From: Antedon mediterranea | Taxonomy: Eukaryota; Animalia; Echinodermata | Length of the DNA stretch: 64,000 nucleotides | NCBI RefSeq assembly: GCF_964355755.1 | Contig: NC_092672.1 | Location: forward strand, 14,260,001 to 14,324,000 | Direction of reading: 5' to 3' | Shown here: positions 1-12,740 of the stretch, piece after piece | How the letters are laid out: each line of letters starts with the position of its first letter | Position numbering within the stretch: position 1 is the first letter of the stretch | The notes under the pieces: generated by a model | The model's input: the letters and a program-made list of their open reading frames with translations, nothing else | What the model was told of the DNA's origin: nothing | Databases searched by the model: none | Program-made: the position numbers and the translations under genes

Positions 1-1397
1 GGCGTTGTACTTGCGTTAACTGATACTAAAATAAACATACAAATGAATACAAAACACGAAACCGGCGATAAAGGTGCCATTATACCAGAAACTGCCGAGT
101 TACTCTCTTATTGGTTGATTCGATTTTGGTGGAGGTAAAACTATAATTATTTTAATTCAGTATTTAACAGCATAAAAATGATCTAACTGATTCGTACTAC
201 ATTCAATAACAATGACATAATTAACGTTGAAATAGATAAAATGGTAAATGGTAAATTGCCATTGGACATTTCTACAGTTCAGTAAATAAGGTATCACCCC
301 TTTTGAAAAGTACTATATTCCAATTCATAAACAAGCACACTGCTGTAATTTAAGCTCAAGAGAGTCATTTATCTGCATTATACAATATTTATACCTTGTC
401 CATTGTTGAACTATTCTGTACAAGAGTAAACTGACATACCGTAGATCCAGAGGAACCATTCGGGATACCTGAATATAACCCTTTGAGGAAGGTAAGAATG
501 TTCCAATCATCGATGACAACGAGATAATGAAATGCATGCTTTTCTTCCACATTATAGTAGGGAAGAAATGCATGTTGTATACAGCATAATAATTGATCAA
601 ATGAGCTTATTTGTAATTTGTAGTTAGCCCTTTTAATATTTTTTTACAGCAGCGCCAATAAATGCTTAGTCTGTCTTTAAATACGAACATGATTGATTAA
701 GAACCGTAAATAAGATGTTGTTTAATGATGATGGTAGTCAACATGGGAGAAATAACCACAGATGATCCATGGAGGTATAATACCTCCATGGATGATCCAA
801 CACTAGTTTCCTGTCACATACATACACCTGACTACAGACACATCTAGTGAGCAGACAGGTCTCCCATAACAGACACTATTTCGTCTTCCTATTTAAAGAT
901 GCATCCTCTACATCTACGTTTATTTTAAGGTCACAAACTTTACAATGCCGTAGCCATGACAATAAAAATGGTGCGGTTGTCGCGACCATGGTTTTGTCAA
1001 TGCTTTTGCCAAAAAGTGGTTTAGATTGAAACCCATTTTGTATTAACAGGTTCTGCCAAAAAAAGACTATTACTTTATCATAACTATTATATTAAAGTTA
1101 ATTAAACATATGTTTGCAAATTACCCAGTCCTACTAAACAGCAATTGTTAAATTGTTAATTAATTATGAAAACCCAACTTTTATAGCAAAAATCAACTAA
1201 ACGAGAGTATCTATGGCATGCCCATAGTGGCTTTAATTGGAGAACTCATTGTTCACCTATTAAAGGCAATATGGGCGTGCCAGAGATACTCTCATTTGGA
1301 TTCAGATGATCTACTCTTGTTTGGTAGATACAGTATTTGCAACATTCTGAGTCTCGTTTGGTCTTTTTTCCGTTTGGTGTTTAGTAAGACCCCAAAT

Positions 1398-1770
1398 TAC
1401 CACAATAGGACTGTATGTGTGAACGTTGCTATACTGTCATGTACCAAGGACTGTATGTGTGAATGTTGCTCTACTGTCATGTACCAAGGACTGCATGTGT
1501 GAACGTTGCTATACTGTCATGTACCAAGGACTGTATGTGTGAATGTTGCTATACTGTCATGTACCAAGGACTGTATGTGTGAATGTTGCTATACTGTCAT
1601 GTACCAAGGACTGTATGTGTGAATGTTGCTATACTGTCATGTACCACAATAGGACTGTATGTGTGAATGTTGCTATACTGTCATGTACCAAGGACTGTAT
1701 GTGTGAACGTTGCTATACTGTCATGTACCAAGGACTGTATGTGTGAATGTTGCTATACTGTCATGTACCA
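1398..1770. repeat. 40-bp minisatellite, about 9 copies
   Basis: Unit aggactgtatgtgtgaatgttgctatactgtcatgtacca, period 40 (gtaccaagga at 1441, 1481, 1521). It generates the spurious ORFs 1218-1502 and 1543-1746. Confidence 0.97.
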
Positions 1771-2169
1771 AACATTAACAGGAGAAAAATGTTGGTTTCT
1801 CACATTAGTCTGCTGGTAAAAAGATAGAGAATAATGATGAAAATCAAATTTGCATTGAATTTTGCAGAATACATCAATTGATCATGCATTGAATTGATCT
1901 TTCAATCACTGTTAACTTTCTTTACCCTGGATGTTTAATTAATTCTATTGAGTCGTCAGTATTTCATTCATTCATTCATTCTGCTTTTATTCAATATTTC
2001 TCTTTGCAGTATATATAAAATAAAACTGAATTGCGAGAGATTTACATATAAAATTGGTACTGTACAAGCTTTCAAACATCAAAATTTACAACATTAAAAA
2101 GTTAAAAAGTTAAAAAAAAAATATTTTTAAAAAGGAGATATTACACATGGAAAAAACTGATGAAAGTAC

Positions 2170-2560
2170 TTATTACTTATTATTATTATTATTGTTGTTC
2201 TTATGCCCGAAATGTGTTTATTTTGGTTTATTAATTAGTCTACACAGTGCTGGGAAACATGAGTTGTTGAATCTTTTAGTATTGCCATATATTTCACTTT
2301 GCTTCTTAGCATTCCTAAGTATCCTGCCACACGTTTCGCCTCTCAATTTAGGAAGTGTGGTAGGGACGATTTTGTTAAGATTTTTAGCAAAATCAAGAAG
2401 AATATCTTCTCTTCTTTGATCTAAAAATTTAAGATTAAGTAGTTTAATTGCTTGATCATAAGATGCATATTTTTGTCCGAGAATTATTCTACATGCGCGT
2501 TTCTGTATAGATTCAAGCTCCATGGATTGTGCTATGGTTAAGGCAGTTAACAGTTCAACA
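2170..2560 (-). mobile_element. 5'-truncated LINE (CR1/L2-like) ORF2 C-terminal fragment
   Basis: ORF 2218-2604 contains ELESIQKRACRIILG...YDQAIKLLNL...QRRE, typical of the post-RT region. An (AAT)n-like tail lies at about 2170-2192. Confidence 0.8.
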
Positions 2561-2712
2561 GTTTGGAGAAACTGAAAGTACAGGATTAATCCAGCCCAGG
2601 ACACCTTTTGCTTGTTTCATTGTTTAATAACAATGGACAGACTATTAAAAAATAATAAAAAAAAAAACCTCCTGCAACTATAGACTACCAGCAAATACTC
2701 AGATTTATATAT

Positions 2713-3559
2713 CAGTGGCGGATCGGGTGGTGGGTGGGGGGGTCGAGTGTCCGCCCTCTCCACATGCCCTGGACCAACAACAAAAAATTATCCTATCATA
2801 ATGAAACACTTTGGGGTAAAAGCGTAAGAGTAAGTACTTTCAATATTGATTAAAACACATATGCCGCGCTAATTTAGTCTTTAACAGAGGTCGCCATTGA
2901 TGTTGTTGTCGTCACACTTGTAGACCGTACAAGAAGTACCTTCATCGTGGACTTCCCCCTGACGCGACAATGGTATCCCTAGTTGCGTGTGTTTACCAGC
3001 AGAAAAAGTAGAGGATACGTCTATCATTTTTCCATTGTTAACACGCAATGGGAGTGTCATCCGGCCAACTATAGGTGCCATTAAAGATGTATTGTCTCCC
3101 AAAAACATGAAAAATGAAGATTAATTAAATCGGACTTTAAATATGTTATTTGTAGTTTTAATAAAATTAATCACTTCCATAGAAAAAAAAACAAAAACAA
3201 ATAATGTTTTCATCTATAAAATGACAAAATAAATGGTTAAATTCAACCAAAAACCTACTGGCTGGCAGCCAATTTGACTATTTTTTGCTTTTTCGATTTA
3301 ATTTTTGGTCAAAGTGGATAACTATTATGTTACATTAAAATGGCATATTCAAAAATTTTTGTTAAGAATTATTTTTTCAGGGGGGCAATACATCTTTAAC
3401 ATTTATCATGAATTTTATGTGCAAGAGTACCATTTGTCATTTACCAAAATTCACTTCATTACATGCTCCACCATGGTGGGGCCTGTGCCTCATGTATGTA
3501 TACTGGTTGCGTCGTCACCCCCTCCCCACTCCTTTATTAAAAGGTTGGATCTGCCCCTG
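2713..3559. mobile_element. Probable non-autonomous DNA transposon with short TIRs
   Basis: Left end CAGTGGCGGATC and right end GATCTGCCCCTG are near-inverted. No TSD recognised. A similar end motif recurs near 13410. Confidence 0.45.
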
Positions 3560-6272
3560 CTCAAAATATAGGGGGAAATGTCACTTTTTAATAGGCTAGT
3601 AGGCCTACCTCAGTTTTCATTTTTTAAATATCAATTCTTTAATATCAGTTATAATAACGTGAGAGTGGCATTTCCAACCATCTAGAGTGTGTCATATTTT
3701 CAAAAACACATCAACTATGGTGGGGCTGAATTGGTGTTGACTCTATAAAGAGTTATGTTTTTCTTGTAAAAATGTTATGTGTATTAAAAAACAAATATCA
3801 TAGTGATATTTTCAATATCACACTGAATAATGTATCGGTGGGATTTACGCTTTCGTCTGTAACGTACGTAACAAAGGCGCGGTTGATTTGCTAGCTGCTT
3901 TGATTGTATAATACATTTGCATTCCAATCAAGAAGGCTACGATCGTTCTGCTGTTTGCTAGAGCGCTATGAAGTGTCATTTCCTGCCAACTAGAGGTGTC
4001 CTACTGGTGAGTAGGCCTAGTTTTATTTCATCGGGGACTTCTCCCTGACGTTTGTATTGACCACAAAAAACGTCTCTTATCGCATGTTTACCGGCTGAAA
4101 AAGTAGGCTATGATGGTTTTGCTCTTTGCTAGCGTGCTATGAAGTGTCATGTGCGAGCGTACCATTTCCAGCCATCTAGGGTGTCAATTACCAAATATCG
4201 CTCCCTCACAGCCCCACCATAGTACACTCATGTACTTAGTATCGAAATCGAAACCAGGGGGTTGTGAATCCTGGGGAGAACACTGTTCCATTCACTATTT
4301 TTCATGAGAAACAATGCTCTTCTATAGCTAGTTTCAATCCCTCCCACTGTGAACTTGCTATTGTTTTTAGCTTTCACACCAGTCCCACCCTATTCTACTT
4401 TATATTCCCAGTATCAACATTTGATTTCACCATGCAAACCTTCAAACAACATATAGATATTGTTCATTATGTTTTTAGAATTTAGTTCATTTTGTTTTCG
4501 TAGATACAAACAATGCAGCATATCATACAAATAGAAAATTTGCTATGGACCGCTGCTAACGTAAACAAAATTACAGTTATATAACTTTCAGAGTCACAAA
4601 ACTGTTGTAAATGGAAAATGCCAGTGCAACGCTGTGGTGCTGTATACCAGCATTCCACAAACTTTTATTTATCGGCCTAAAAGCTGGTTCCGGCAGCCCA
4701 ACTGCCCAGCTACTGTAGAACAACGTAGTGTACTGAAGGTAATATAAAAGAGTTTGCCACCTCAGCCTCACCATGGAATATGGATCTATAGAGCCCTGGA
4801 AATTGCATTGCAACTTTGTTTGCAATAATGTTCCACTGAAAGAATTCAGCGCACCCCAAATTTTCCACTTTATACAGTAGCATATGTATAACCGTTCACA
4901 GTTCACACATAAGATTTATCAAGTAGACCGTGGTCGTGTTAAAATTCATCTTTTTTACCCAATCTGCCTTTCGATCCCCCAAAATGGGGACAGGTTATTC
5001 CTTCCTTGCCCGAATTAGAATTTTTTATCTTTGGCGATGTTGTCCTCTGCTTTCACAGGCTCTGTTTGTTTTGTTATTGATAAAACCTCATACTCTCCTT
5101 TAATGTTTGTTTTTTTTTTTTAGAAATCTTTGTTGCCCCAACACTAACAGATTATTTGCAAATGCTTTGATGTTGTTCCTTACTTTAGTTGACTATAGAT
5201 ATTCAGATCGTCACTGACATTCATAATAATAACCATTAATTTGCATTGCAGCAGCTACATAAAGAAGAAAGAGAGAAAAAGAGGTATTCAACAGAGAATT
5301 TAGTGATTATAACCATTATGTTGAGATCGTAGTCAGTTTAAATATTTTACATTTTTCTGGCAAGAAAATGACACTTATGGTTATACATACACTATGTTAT
5401 TTCAGCAGAAACAGACCCTATATTATTTTTTTTTATATAATAGTTTTTATTTTATGTTTATGGAAATTGAATTTTTTTAGTAGTCATAATATTTTTATGG
5501 ATAACATTTCACCTGCCTATAATTAAGATGTTTTAAGATTCAGTTTAGGGATTATCTCAGTGCAATTTAGTTTGGTTTAGGGATCACCTGCAATTTTATT
5601 GATCACCAGTATTAACAGATGACAAATTGAAGATGATTAAAAACATCAATCCTTTAAATTTATGCTTGTTAATAATTAAAGGCTAAAGACAATCCATTAC
5701 TAGGAATCTCAGTTTTTAAGCCAATTACGCTGCCATCACTTTGTTCTTTTATTTTTGTTTGTGTAGGGGTAGGTTTAGGTACATCACAGATGCGAAAAAT
5801 GTGTGTTTAGACCAATTTCTTTGTGATGGCAAAAAATGGCACATTCGGTAATGCTCTATGTCACAATTAGGTCACAGATAGTGCATCTTATTAGCAGTAA
5901 TCAGATGTCTTGGTCCTCGTTCTATTGGACAGAATAATAAAGCACTAGTTACGGACCTAAGTCTGCATTATTAATCAAAAGGCAAATTACTGAACAAATG
6001 ACAATGCTGTATCAGTTGCTGGATTTCAAATGGAGATACAAATAAAATAAGGAAAATGATAAATCAAATGATAAAAAAAAGCCAGAAAAAATAGTTCTCA
6101 GAGCTTTGGGTAGTACTAAAACTTCCTTAGTGCAATCCATATGTTAATGCTACTAATTTTTCGTGTGCTCACATTTTGGCACACTGATGTTTATTAAGGG
6201 GCCGCACACGATAGGCTATGTCACTTTCCAGAATTTTAAGGATAAACACAAAAAAAAGGCAAAAAAATAATT

Positions 6273-6477
6273 TGACGTCTCAGCAACCATGTTACGTCAC
6301 TGTATAAACTACGCAACCTCCTCTGTTGTGTACCGCCATGTCTGGATCTACAAATACCATGCCGGGCCGCCAAATTAAAACAGTGTTTAGTTTTGACAGC
6401 GTCGTTGAAGTTTCAATTAATTATACCTATCCTTTGAACAGAATGATTTTCATAAATCACGGTTTTGCTCGGTGAGT
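6273..6477 (+). promoter_or_regulatory. Candidate promoter and first exon, probably of the ECE-like gene
   Basis: CRE-like TGACGTCT at 6273 and TTACGTCA at 6292, TATAAA at 6303, Kozak-like ACCGCCATG at 6338, strong donor G|GTGAGT at 6471/6472, locally CpG-rich. The ECE ATG at 19705 sits directly after an acceptor, so an upstream exon is expected. Confidence 0.45.
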
Positions 6478-7667
6478 AAAACGCTGTGGCAATTGATATC
6501 AATGCTTAGTACGTTCAAGTTCGAATCCGCGATATGTGGTAAATAATAAGTTTGTGTCCAAGAGCATCATTTAATTTCGAGTTGTGCACTTTTTGTGTCT
6601 GTCTGTAGTTTTATTATTCTATAACTTAATTCAGATTCATATTTTATCATTAAAATGTTTTAATCCGCCGACGATTGACATACCTCAACGTGCACCTGTC
6701 ATGCACGTTGTCACTTTCATATCCCATATCCAGTACTGCGCTTTTTACTAATCATCCCATGCAAATTATTATTATTAAGGCAGACGTGTATAACAAAATC
6801 ACTGGCCGTAAATACAGTAGTTCAGAATTTTAATCTTGATACAATTTGTTTTTATTTTAATAATTTGCCAAAGTACTTTTATCAGAGTGCGCTTTTAATA
6901 TACTTGCCCATGCAAAGTATATAACCACATAAGGCAGAAAAAGACCGTGCAGGGAGACAGGTTACTGCTAGTATTATATTATTGTTAACCTTTCAGATCC
7001 ATTCTTCTCTTTGAACGTGCATGCTTGCATGCATACAGTAGAAATATACTAAACATTTTAACATTCAACTCATAATTTGTCATGTTAATGAGTATAAAAT
7101 TATGAGAGAAAACCTCTTGAATGAAAATTTAGGAAGATAATTATTTGTATTGGATAGGGTTAATAAACTATCAAAGCTATCCACAATTTAATTGGAAGTA
7201 ATGATAATATTCTTAATATTAAATATTTTACAGACAACATCAGTGAAGCATTTAAGTTGAGTTCGTCGAACTGTATGATGAGGTTATTAAAGCAGCATTT
7301 GACTTTAATAATAACAGTAAATAAAAAGGATCGCATGGTTTCATTTTTGCAACATTGAAAAATAATGGTTTCTAATTCTAATATACTGTATCTGGTTGAT
7401 ATTCTGTCATCCATGATTTCCTGAAAAAATTAACCTTTCAATGTTTATTTTAAATGTGTTAAACATACAGTTTCATTAGCATTATAATGAATGCAGATGT
7501 TACTACTATACTGTACATCTGTATATTTAGTTCAGTTTAGGCACAACATCATTTACTATTATTAGGAATAAAAACCTATTGTTAATTGTACAAAATCTTT
7601 TATTATTATTATTTTTCTTAATTATTTTCAAATTTTCACAATATTTTTCCGATAATAATAATTGACC

Positions 7668-7900
7668 ATAATAAGCTTTCCAGCGTGTTCACTCAACCAT
7701 GATGCCATTCAGACGCCATTTTGTGAATTCACCCTATCAATTATATTTTCTACTTGTCTGACAGATATTAATTAAATTAACTACACATAACCTTCATGTT
7801 AAGGGTCAACATTGCACGCAGTAAAGCATAATCACGCATCAAAAGTTTAAAATGCTCAAATCAATTTCTAATCAAATTAGAGCATCGTTCAGGACATTTT
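7668..7900 (+). repeat. Dispersed repeat, second copy starting near 33451
   Basis: cataataagcttt(c/t)cagcgtg...cgccattttgtgaat...aattagagcat is shared with 33451-33700. Confidence 0.75.
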
Positions 7901-8703
7901 GAGCATTTCAAAATATTTAAATTTGTTTACATCACAAAGGGAACGCAAGAAGTTTGTTTTCCGAAGTAAATTTTTGTTCTTCATACCTTACAAGATATTG
8001 CTTTCATTTCAATGTACTTTATATGTCGTATAATGCACATTTCTATGAACAATTCTTATTGTTTGGCTTGATTAAAAACATGATTTCAATTTATCAAATT
8101 TGTTTTCTTAATCATTTTGCAGAAATGTAATGATCCTTCCATGTTTCTATACCCTTTGGTTAACGCTTCTCATTGGCGCTATTTTTCAGAAATAAAGTTC
8201 TCGAAGTACGTAGCTATAGCTTTTCAGAATGTTTGCGCACACGCAAATCCATTTGTTTACAAAGTGGGCGGATATTGCACGTAGCATGATGGGAAATAGC
8301 ATTAACGTTAATGTTTACGTGCTCCTTGTTTCTACACAATTGAGAACAGGATAGCATATACCAATTTCTGTGTACTATGTGCATGTTGCGTTTCAATTGC
8401 AAGATTTGTTTTTAATACAATTTTGGGTAAATTATCTTCTATCACAATGATCCCCTATAACTTATCAAAATGACAAATTTAAATCTAGCTTATAATTGAG
8501 ATTGTAAATTAGGGTAAATTAGGGTACACGGCTTATTTTGTGAGATCCTTGTATAGACTCTACATATATACCATTAATCCCAAATATGGCCACCCCTGTA
8601 AAAGGAAAATGGAAAAGTCTAAGCACCATAGCGGGCTATATAAACGTCTCTCACGCATGACATCATCTTCATATTCGTTTCACTTTCATGGTGTGACCTT
8701 TAA

Positions 8704-9310
8704 AGCTCAGGTACAGGCATGAATTTTAAATATAATATTTGGTTAATTGTACATAAATCAAATATTTGTAACAGAAATCGAGACGAAAAAACATGAATTT
8801 CCCTTAATATGGTATCAAATACAAAATTTGGCAAAATTCTTCCATAAAAACCAGGAAGACTTTTTTTCAGTAGTTAGGTAGTTAACCTAATGTAATAACA
8901 TGTCTGGTGACTCCCTAGATGGTGAAAAAAGATGGTGGATATACGGTGGATAATTTTTGCTATAGCATGAAAATAAAAATCTGAAGTTGAATAAAAATAT
9001 CATAAATGTAATATTCAAGTTATATTACCTATATTTAGTCATCTGATAACATTTTTTACCACACCGTTTAGTTTTCATAGCTTTTTAAAATTCCTCTCTA
9101 TTTACAAAATGTGTGTACAAAAGAATAGAGATTTTACTGTGTAATTTGAACTATCCCCCCCCCCCCCCCCCACTGATAAGAAAGTGCTTATTTTCAAAAA
9201 GCTTGTGTAACACAAATAAAATCCCAAAAATTATGAAACATAGAGGAAACTATAGATCGATAATTATTGGAATGTATGATCAATAGAAATTTTTTGCCCG
9301 CACCTGGCCT
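8704..9310 (+). mobile_element. Kolobok-like non-autonomous DNA transposon, copy 1
   Basis: TTAA on both flanks (8700-8703, 9311-9314). TIR AGCTCAGGTACAGGC...GCCCGCACCTGGCCT. Colinear with 27954-28505. Confidence 0.8.
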
Positions 9311-9719
9311 TTAAAGAAGGAATTACATAACAGATAGTTGTTGATCATTCTATTGTTCTATGTACAGTATGTGTAAAGGAAATAAGAGTTTCTACAAACT
9401 TTTATCTTAGCGAGTTTTAGATCTAGACAATTACTGTAAGTAATCTACAACAACCATCTAGGCTGGTGCCTAAAAAATGGTTCATTCAATTCAATTCACA
9501 GAACCAATACAAACCACCTTGATGCCATATTATCACCAACAGATTCAATTGAATTGAAAAACCTTTTCTTTCAATTTTTATTTTGCCATTTCATCATGGT
9601 AATCAGTGGTGGTTTTGCATTACAATGGGATTATGATGAACAACCCACTGCCTGTCCGACAGACCTACAATTATTGTAACTTTCAGAAAGAAAATTTTCA
9701 GTACCATGTTTGATTAATC

Positions 9720-11580
9720 TATTTCAGTTCATTTATTCGTGTCAAATAATAACAAAACAGTAAATACACAAACATAATAAATAACAGGCAAACATGAGAC
9801 AGGGCACCCCAAAAGTGAACTAAATCTCTGTCAGGTGGGGATCCTTAGACAGGGCACCCCAAAAATGAACTAAATCTCTGTTGGGTGGGGACCCTTAGAC
9901 AGGACACCCCAAAAGTGAACTAAATCTCGGTTGGGTGGGGACCCTTAGACAGGACACCCCAAAAGTGAACTAAATCTCTGTTGGGTGGGGGACCCTTAGA
10001 CAGGGCACCCCAAAAGTGAACTAAATCTCTGTTGGGTGGGGACCCTCAGACAGGACACCCCAAAAGTGAACTAAATCTCTGTTGGGTGGGGACCCTTAGG
10101 CAGGGCACCCCAAAAGTGAACTAAATCTCGGTTGGGTGGGGACCCTTAGACAGGACACCCCAAAAGTGAACTAAATCTCTGGCACCCCAACAGTGAACTA
10201 AATCTCTGTTGGGTGGGGACCCTTAGACAGGGCACCCCAAAAGTGAACTAAATCTCTGTTGGGTGGGGACCCTTAGACAGGGCACCCCAAAAGTGAACTA
10301 AATCTCTGTTGGGTGGGGACCCTTAGACATAAGAACAGTAGAACAAATTTTAAGATAAATATAAAACGTTTAAAATATGTAAAAATGTCTATTCATATTA
10401 AAATTGATTATAAAACAAATTTACAGATTAAATTATTATGCTTAAAAATAAATGTATGATATATGATGATAAATATTCCAAAGCTATATACAGTGCCACT
10501 GTCAGGTCGGTTGACAGAAAAGAATTCTGCAAGGCCTCTCAAAAAGTAAGGCAAACTCTCAACCTGCCCATATGCGAGGAAAGGATGAAAATAGTGAGTA
10601 TTTAAGTGAATTGGTTGGAGCAAAGACATGAGAAAATTATCGAAGTGCCTAGAGTTAACACTAAAATAGTCAAAGATGTTAAGAGAATAGCTACCATTGA
10701 GACACTTCGCAAGGAAAGAAGTAGAAATAAATTGAAGTTGGTCCTCAAAAGAGCAGAGACTGAGGAGTTTGAATTGTTGCACATAAGACAAGTTACCCAT
10801 GGGAGCCAGAAAACATGCACTAGACATTCTCCATTGGACCTGCTTCAAAGAGAACAGATGTCCTTTTTGATATGGCAACCACCCTGGTATACCATGTTCC
10901 ATAACCGGCCTAACAATGGCACGGTACAGCTTCGGAATGACAATAATCTCTGCATCTAACAATGTGTTTAATAAATCTGAGTACTTTGGAGGTTTTCGAT
11001 CTAGTATTATGAATATGATACCCCAATCAAGTTTAGATGTAAATGTCACACCCAAATATTTCATACTGTTAACATTATCAAGAACAGTGGAATCAATTAC
11101 GTAATCATTTGTGTTGTTAATATGGCGAGATAATATGCAGTTATCATTTAGATGTTTCACGAGCTGTCCGCTTAAAGTCTCTCCAAAATCTTTCCCACAG
11201 TTGAACAGTGATATAGGCCTGTAATTTTCAATTCACCTATTGAATACCCGATTTAAAAATGGGAACCACATTGGCCATCTTCCTGTCAGTGTGAATAACA
11301 CTTGAGTACAATGAGAGGTTGAACAATCTGGCTAAAGGTTTGCAGATATAAATAGCCGAGATTCCATTTATGTAGGTTTTGAGAATGTTTGCAATTTTAA
11401 ATAATTTTAATTTCTTTTTAGATAGTTTAATAATTTTGGTAGTTATCCACGGCTGCTTCACTATATGGTTGGCTTTACGCTTGTGCAGAACTTTATCAAT
11501 AGCGTCAAGAAACTTTATTTTAAATTTATCCCATGTTTCATTGACATCAGCTATAACATAAGTCGTCCCAATCAAGATTT
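9720..11580 (-). mobile_element. Internally deleted CR1/L2-type LINE remnant
   Basis: ORF 11237-11575 (ETWDKFK..PWIT..PLARLFNLSL..MANVVPIFKSG) and ORF 10408-11160 (KYLGVTFTSKLDW..LYRAIVRPVMEHG). AATAAA and tail on the minus strand at about 9720-9740. Confidence 0.85.
9797..10329. repeat. 50-bp hairpin-forming tandem repeat, about 10.5 copies, in a LINE 3' UTR
   Basis: Unit agacagggcaccccaaaagtgaactaaatctctgttgggtggggaccctt, period 50, with one truncated unit near 10180. Confidence 0.97.
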
Positions 11581-11704
11581 AAAAAGGTAAAGACAAAATC
11601 AGTTACATTAATCTTTGAATATTGTATTGCTCTAGTGACAACATTCAGGTTCAAATTCAGTTTGATACCACCATGGTCACTACCAGCTAACCCCAGATGT
11701 GGTA

Positions 11705-12740
11705 TCACTGGTAAAAAATCAGACCTAAATTACAGACCAGTCAGCCCTACATCTATAATGCAAGACCATGGAGACGTTTGTTAAAAATGCCTTGATGAAT
11801 CACATGGAAGTTAATCACCTTTTTTCCACTCACCAACATGGCTTTAGATCAGGTCGTTCATGTACCACTTTTTATGATTGAAGTTTTAGAACAATGGACT
11901 AAATGGAATGGATTGAAACGTGGCAATGTTTTGATTGTATCTTTCTAGATTTAAAAAAAGTGTTTGACAGTGTACCACATGAAAGGCTGTTAAACAAATT
12001 ACAGGCATATGGCATTGGAGGAAATTAATTATAGATTATAGAATTTATTTCTGGACGGTCACAACAAGTGGTGTTAAATAGAGTTAATTCAGAAAGCCTG
12101 AGAGTTAGTCCCAGGGTGCAGCGTGCTTGGTCCAGCACTGTTTAATATATTTATTAAATAAATTAATTTGCATGGTCTGAGAAATGGCAACTTTCTTTCA
12201 ACTTAATGAAATGTAAAATTATGCATTTTGGAAGAAAGAATAGGAAAGTTGTTTATCATATGGTTACTGATCAAAGGAAAATTCCAATTCAAGTAGAATC
12301 AATAACAGATTTGGGAATCATACACAAAGTGTCCTTTTGATTACATGTTGCACAGAAGGCTTCTATGGCAAATAGAAAATTAGGAATGATAAAACGTACG
12401 TTTCGTTATCTGGATAACCACTCTTTCATGCAGCTGTATAAAACCATAATAAGGCCGTCAATCGAGTATTGCAGTCCTGTCTGGCAACATATATATCATA
12501 ATAAAGAGTCAGACAAGCTTAAAAAAGTGCAACAGAGAGCAACCCGTTTGGTGCCAGGAATTAGAAGAGATACCTATCGGGATAGATTGAAACAACTACA
12601 ATTACCTACTCTTTACTTCAGAAGAATGAGATCTGCTCTAATCCAGGTTTAAAAAATTTGCAGCCATATTGATAATATAGATGCCAGAAATCTGTTTACT
12701 TTATTAGAACAGTCTAGAACTAGAGGCCATAAATGGAAAA
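11705..12740 (+). mobile_element. Degenerate CR1-type LINE reverse transcriptase fragment
   Basis: Frameshifted NYRPVS, HQHGFRSGRSCTT, IFLDLKKVFDSVPHERLL, ANRKLGMIKRTF..LYKTIIRPSIEYCSPVW..VQQRATRLVP and RTRGHKWK motifs. Confidence 0.9.

Noticed and set aside
1-630. Possible minus-strand exons of a gene leaving the window (open frames of about 80-90 codons, donor-like sites near 395 and 469, acceptor-like site near 26)
   Set aside because: No recognisable homology, and the phases did not join consistently. It cannot be supported without transcripts.
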